Of a DNA stretch of 64,000 bases, positions 59,238 to 64,000 are shown in pieces. The stretch's first letter is position 1. Each line of letters opens with the position of its first letter. The stretch covers positions 280,178,001 to 280,242,000 of the forward strand of contig OZ024742.1 in NCBI GenBank assembly GCA_964016885.1, given 5' to 3'. The translations under genes were made by a program, and so were the position numbers. The notes beneath the pieces are model-generated. The model had not been told where the DNA came from and made no database searches. It saw only the letters and a list, made by a program, of their open reading frames with translations. The stretch is from Eledone cirrhosa. Its lineage: Eukaryota.

Positions 59238-59619
59238 ATTGTTTCTACTTTTGGCACAGGGCCAGCAATTACCCAGTATATTACTGGTACTTTATTTTAA
59301 CGACCCCATATTTATGAAAGCAAAGTTAACCTCGATGGGATTTGAACTCAGACAATAAAAGGGATGTAACTATGCTAGAAAGCATGGCGTCCAACCCTCT
59401 ACCGATACTGCCAATTCACCGTCCAAGTATGTATATAAGTGTGTCTACAAGGCCAGCAATTAACCAGTACATTACTGGTACTTTATTTTTATCGACCCCG
59501 TAAGGATGAAAGGCAAAGTTAACCTCGGCGGGATTTGAACTCAGATCATAAAGGGACGTAACTCTATGCTTCAAAGCATGACTTCCGACCCTCTAACGAT
59601 ACTGCCAATCCACCGCCCA
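59238..59619 (-). mobile_element. Two tandem tRNA-derived SINEs (~59238-59425, ~59448-59619)
   Basis: Reverse complements of the 63233 family. Confidence 0.85.
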
Positions 59620-62600
59620 AGTATATATATAATGCCCGATGGGTAGGTTAAGTGTACTCCTGACTAGAATCTTCAGATAATTGCCTGAATTTCATCACCG
59701 TTTTTTCATTGAAAGGACAAATTCAAATGTCAACATCGAAAATTAAGGTGGTTCATTCAATTCAACGCAAAGCATATATGAACTGTAAAATGCTCAGCCA
59801 CTTGTCCCTTAATGACATTGGCTGTATGTCACATTGATCGAACACTCAGCACTATAATCTTTCATCACTAATTCCATCCAAGACTACACATGTCTGTAAT
59901 ATTTCCAGCCACTGGCACAGTAATTTTACGAGCATGCTGCTCTGTTGATCCATTACAAACGTACAGATGTCTGAAGAATGCTCAACTGCTTGCGTGTTAG
60001 TTTCACGAGCAGTTTCTTCCTTTAATCTAACAACTGGAAGAATCATCATCGAAGCGACGGTGGAACATTCCATGTAATATTATTCCATTCCATTCCATGT
60101 GTTCTATATTCAGGCTCTGTTCAGTTTGTCTATAGCAGAGCTATTCAAGCCATTTTCTTTTTTAATGAGACCCACTAGCCGATGTGTTATAAATCAGTTG
60201 CTTATATTTGTAGAATTGTTTTTCATAAATGCCATGACCTATTCTTTTAATGTTTTGGAACTCCTTTATGTGACTCTCAATTTGCTAAACCCTCACACAT
60301 AATTCTGAACAATCGCTCTCTCAATTCTCATAAACATTCGACCAAACTACATCAGATAGATCATATAATTATTGTGAGAAAAAATGTCAACATTTTTAAC
60401 CTAGTATGTTGGTGATCGGTGGGGTGTCGAGGGACTGGGTTGGGACACCTAACTAACTTCCTGTAACATTATCTTAAGTGGGATTATTTCAGAAATGCAA
60501 AAGCAAATATTTACTATGGCAACAGGTAAGAGTTGGTGTGTGGATTTAGGCCTTTAAAATAACATGTACATAAGGATTATAAAACTGGTTGTATTTATCA
60601 GTCTTTTTACTTTCACTTTAGATGTTAAATAAGCTCCAACATTTTTTTTTTTACATATACTCTATTGTATTTTCTACTATTTTTTCCAGCTTTTTATTTT
60701 AGCCTGAACACTGTCCCTTTTTCTATCATTTATCTTCTACCTTTTCTCATTTGTCACTTGCTTTCTCCCTCTTCTATAGATTACTTTGTTTTTGCTCCTC
60801 TGTATATTTTACTCTATCTTTCTTTTATTTTCTCCTCTTTCTCCTTTATTTGTATTTTATATTTTCTTTTTTACTGTTTACGATTTTTCTCTTTCTCTTA
60901 CAATTTTTTGTATCTCTTTTAGTCCCTTATATCTTCAATACTTTCATTTTCATTCTCTTGCAGTGTTAACCTTTTCTTTCTCCCTAGCTCCATTTCGTTC
61001 AATCTATATCACCCACGTTATTCTCTTACTATACGCATCACAAATGCATACTCTATTTTTCTCTCACACACATGCGCAAGTGCGCACACACTCACACAGA
61101 CACACATATGCACACATACGGGGACACATACACACGCACACACATACACACGTACGCACACACATACACATAACGGGATATCGTCTTTTATTCGATTCCA
61201 TTGAGGTAGACTTTACCATCAATGGCTTCATAAAACAGGTGAAGGAACCTTGCTATTTGTTCAGCGTGTTAGGCTGACAGTCGTGGGCTGATGAATTTGC
61301 AATGCGGTGGCGCGTTGTGTCCTTGAATAAGATATTTCATTTAATATTACTCTAGTCCACTATATTGGCTATACTGAGTTTTACCTGTAATTCAAACCTT
61401 ACTGTCACAAAGAAATTCTATGAGAACTAAGTTAGGAATAAAAGTGTTGAGCGCACAGTCAGATTAAAGAGTTCGCTTAGGAACGACATTGTTTAGATTC
61501 ACTGTCATTGCATTGCACCTTGGGAAAGTGTCTTCTTGTATCGCCTCGGTTCGACCAATGACTTCTCAAAAAATGTGTATTCCTTTCGGTGTCTAGTTCT
61601 GTGAATATGTGTGAGCTGTTCCCTGCAACTACTTATACAAGAAAAGAAAATAAGTACCAGGTTTGTCAAGTGTAAAAGGGTGAAGACCATATTCGGTTAC
61701 GAATGACCATGTGATTTGAACCTAGAAATTTCTCCTACGTGGCACACCTCCGGGAAAGATTGTTTATGGAAGACCAGCAGTACCCATGCACACTAGTCTT
61801 CCCTCTCCACACCACCGATGTTATCCAAGGGAAAGGCAACGGCCGATACAGCTTGGCACAAGGCCGAAATAATCGATAAATCCCTTTATGAGGGTGCCCC
61901 GGCATGCCCGCAATCTAACTCTTAGAAACAATAAAAAAGGAACATAAATCTCTGGCTGGTGCAACAATTAAGACGAATTGCGCCGCCGTCTCCTATAATG
62001 CAATGAGATATATAATAAATTCCTGCAATCAGTAAGCATATCAATGAATATTTGCCGCGTAACAGAGCTGTGGAAATGTCCAAGGGGTCAGATGTTTATA
62101 TATTGTTATATGTCGCATGATTGGTTCTGGCTGGGCGTAGAGAAAATTTAATCGTAATAATTTTCTAAGTATGATCAGAGAAGAAATGTTAAAATCTAGG
62201 TATCTCAGCTTGCCAAACTGTATGTAAGCTAAAATTATTTTATTTGAAAGTATGAGGGTATTAAATGGGACTACTGGGTGCGCACCATCCAATGCAAGGC
62301 TAGTGCGTAAAATACATAAGTGTCAGCATTTTCACGAGTTTCCCCGTCTAAAAATTTAACTTGTCTACTTATCTGAACATTTCACATTCGTGTTCTAACA
62401 CTGAATTGTAATCTTTTTACAATGCGTGTATTTTACAGAATTTAAACACAGCTAGTTTGACTGAAATTCCAGGGATGATTTAGAAATATTTTCGCCGGAA
62501 ATGAAGCTGTACTATCAGTTTGACGCCAAAGGGGATTTAAGTTTAGTAAAATAAAGCATTCCAAGGCAACAACAACAACAACAATAACGGCATCAATAGC

Positions 62601-63232
62601 TGTGACAGTATTAACTTAATTTTGGGTAAAGGAAATCGAGTAAATCGTCGTAGTACCTTATTTTATCAACCCTGAAACGCTGAAAGACAATGGTTGTAAA
62701 TTTCAAACGAATTGTTCTTAAATGCTGCAAAGCATTTTGTCCGATGTTCAAACGATTCTGTTGATCAAGCTTTTGGCACTTTATTTTACTGACCTTGGAA
62801 GAATATAAAACAAAGTTGATATCAGAGGAATTTAACATCAATTAATGCAGGATTTCACTTTCAATAACAGTTTACATGGGGCTAAGCAACAACCACAAAC
62901 ATTAAAACTAAGAATATATTTTATTTCAACATTCAGACGACTTCTTAGAAAAGAAAACAGATCTAATGTTTTCATGTAATTAGTGGTATCAGAACAACTG
63001 TCCCGGAGTGTTGTCCTCAAACATTTTCTATACTTTAACTTGTCCCCGTTTCAATCGGAAATATTAACCGAATAATACATACATACATACGTACATACAT
63101 ACATGCATACACATATTCATACACACGTGCATACATATATGTAGACAGACAGACAAACAGACAGACATATATATTATATTATAATATATTATATTATATC
63201 ATATCATATTATATATCATATTATATTGTATT

Positions 63233-63625
63233 AGGGCGGTGGATTGGCAGTATCGGTAGAGGGTCGGACGCCATGCTTTGACGCATAGAGTTACGGCTCT
63301 TTATGGTATCAGTTCAAATCCCGCCGAGGTTAACTTTACCTTTCATCCTTACGGGGTTGATAAAATAAAGTACCAATAATGCACTGGGTAATTGCTGGCC
63401 TTGTGCCAAAAGTAGAAACAATTATATTATATTAGGGCGGTGGATTGGCAGTATCGGTAGAGAGTGGGACGCCATGCTTTGCAGCAAAGATTAGGGCCCT
63501 TTATGGTATCAGTCCAAATCCAGCCGAGGTTAACTTTGCCTTTCATCCTAACGGGGGTCAATAAAATAAAGTACCAGTAATACACTGGGATAATTGCTGG
63601 CTTGTGCCAAAAGTAGAAACAATTA
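63233..63625 (+). mobile_element. Two tandem tRNA-derived SINEs (~63233-63422, ~63434-63625), Meta-domain-like
   Basis: gggcggtggattggcagtatcggtagag (A box)..gttcaaatcccgccgaggttaacttt..cctttcatcc..gggg..taaaataaagtacca; (ATT)n-type tails. Confidence 0.85.
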
Positions 63626-64000
63626 TATTATATTATTTTCCATTCAAATTTAGAGAATTTTAAACTAAATTAAATCATGTACGTGGCTTCGTGCTTATTG
63701 TGTTGGGATCACGAACAATAAGTCATAAGTTCTATTGCAGACTATGGTAGGGGACTTTATTTCATTCAGCTGCAGACCATTCATTTGGAATAAACGAGCC
63801 GTACCAATAATTCAAAACGAAACATGTCGCGATGAAACCCACTAGAACTACGTTATGAGCACTCGTATCGGAATAAGGTTCAGCCTTTTGCATGTCAATT
63901 TCGCAACCAGACCGATGCGTCGTTCGAACTACTAGAAGCAATTACCATCGAAACATACGGAAGTCTAACATACACAACCCATATTTTAATCCCTCTAAAG

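Noticed and set aside
59830-60400. Possible hAT (Buster/Charlie-like) transposase remnant on the minus strand
   Set aside because: Only faint motif resemblance with many stops; no TIRs found.

Overview
AT-rich, microsatellite-saturated eukaryotic non-genic DNA. The repeat and SINE content suggests an octopus/coleoid cephalopod, which is my inference. No intact host gene is visible, and nearly all listed ORFs are microsatellite translations. The window is a transposon graveyard dominated by Penelope-like elements (PLEs): four decayed RT and/or GIY-YIG copies, plus more than 15 short 'hairpin + tail' pseudo-LTR (pLTR) derivatives embedded in (TA)n tracts. These carry about 20 type-I minimal hammerhead ribozyme (HHR) motifs from about 10 sequence families. 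Several have recurrent non-canonical cores (U3-A8 covariant UUGAAAA, CAGAAGA, CUGAUGU, U.U at the base of stem II). Other contents: a near full-length decayed RTE LINE, further RTE, Tx1/L1-like and R4/Dong-like fragments, a TIR/TSD-bounded Chapaev3-like DNA transposon, tRNA-derived SINEs, a tRNA-like cloverleaf in the loop of a foldback, and inverted duplications of flanking DNA anchored on (TA)n. All folds and alignments were done by eye, so boundaries are approximate.
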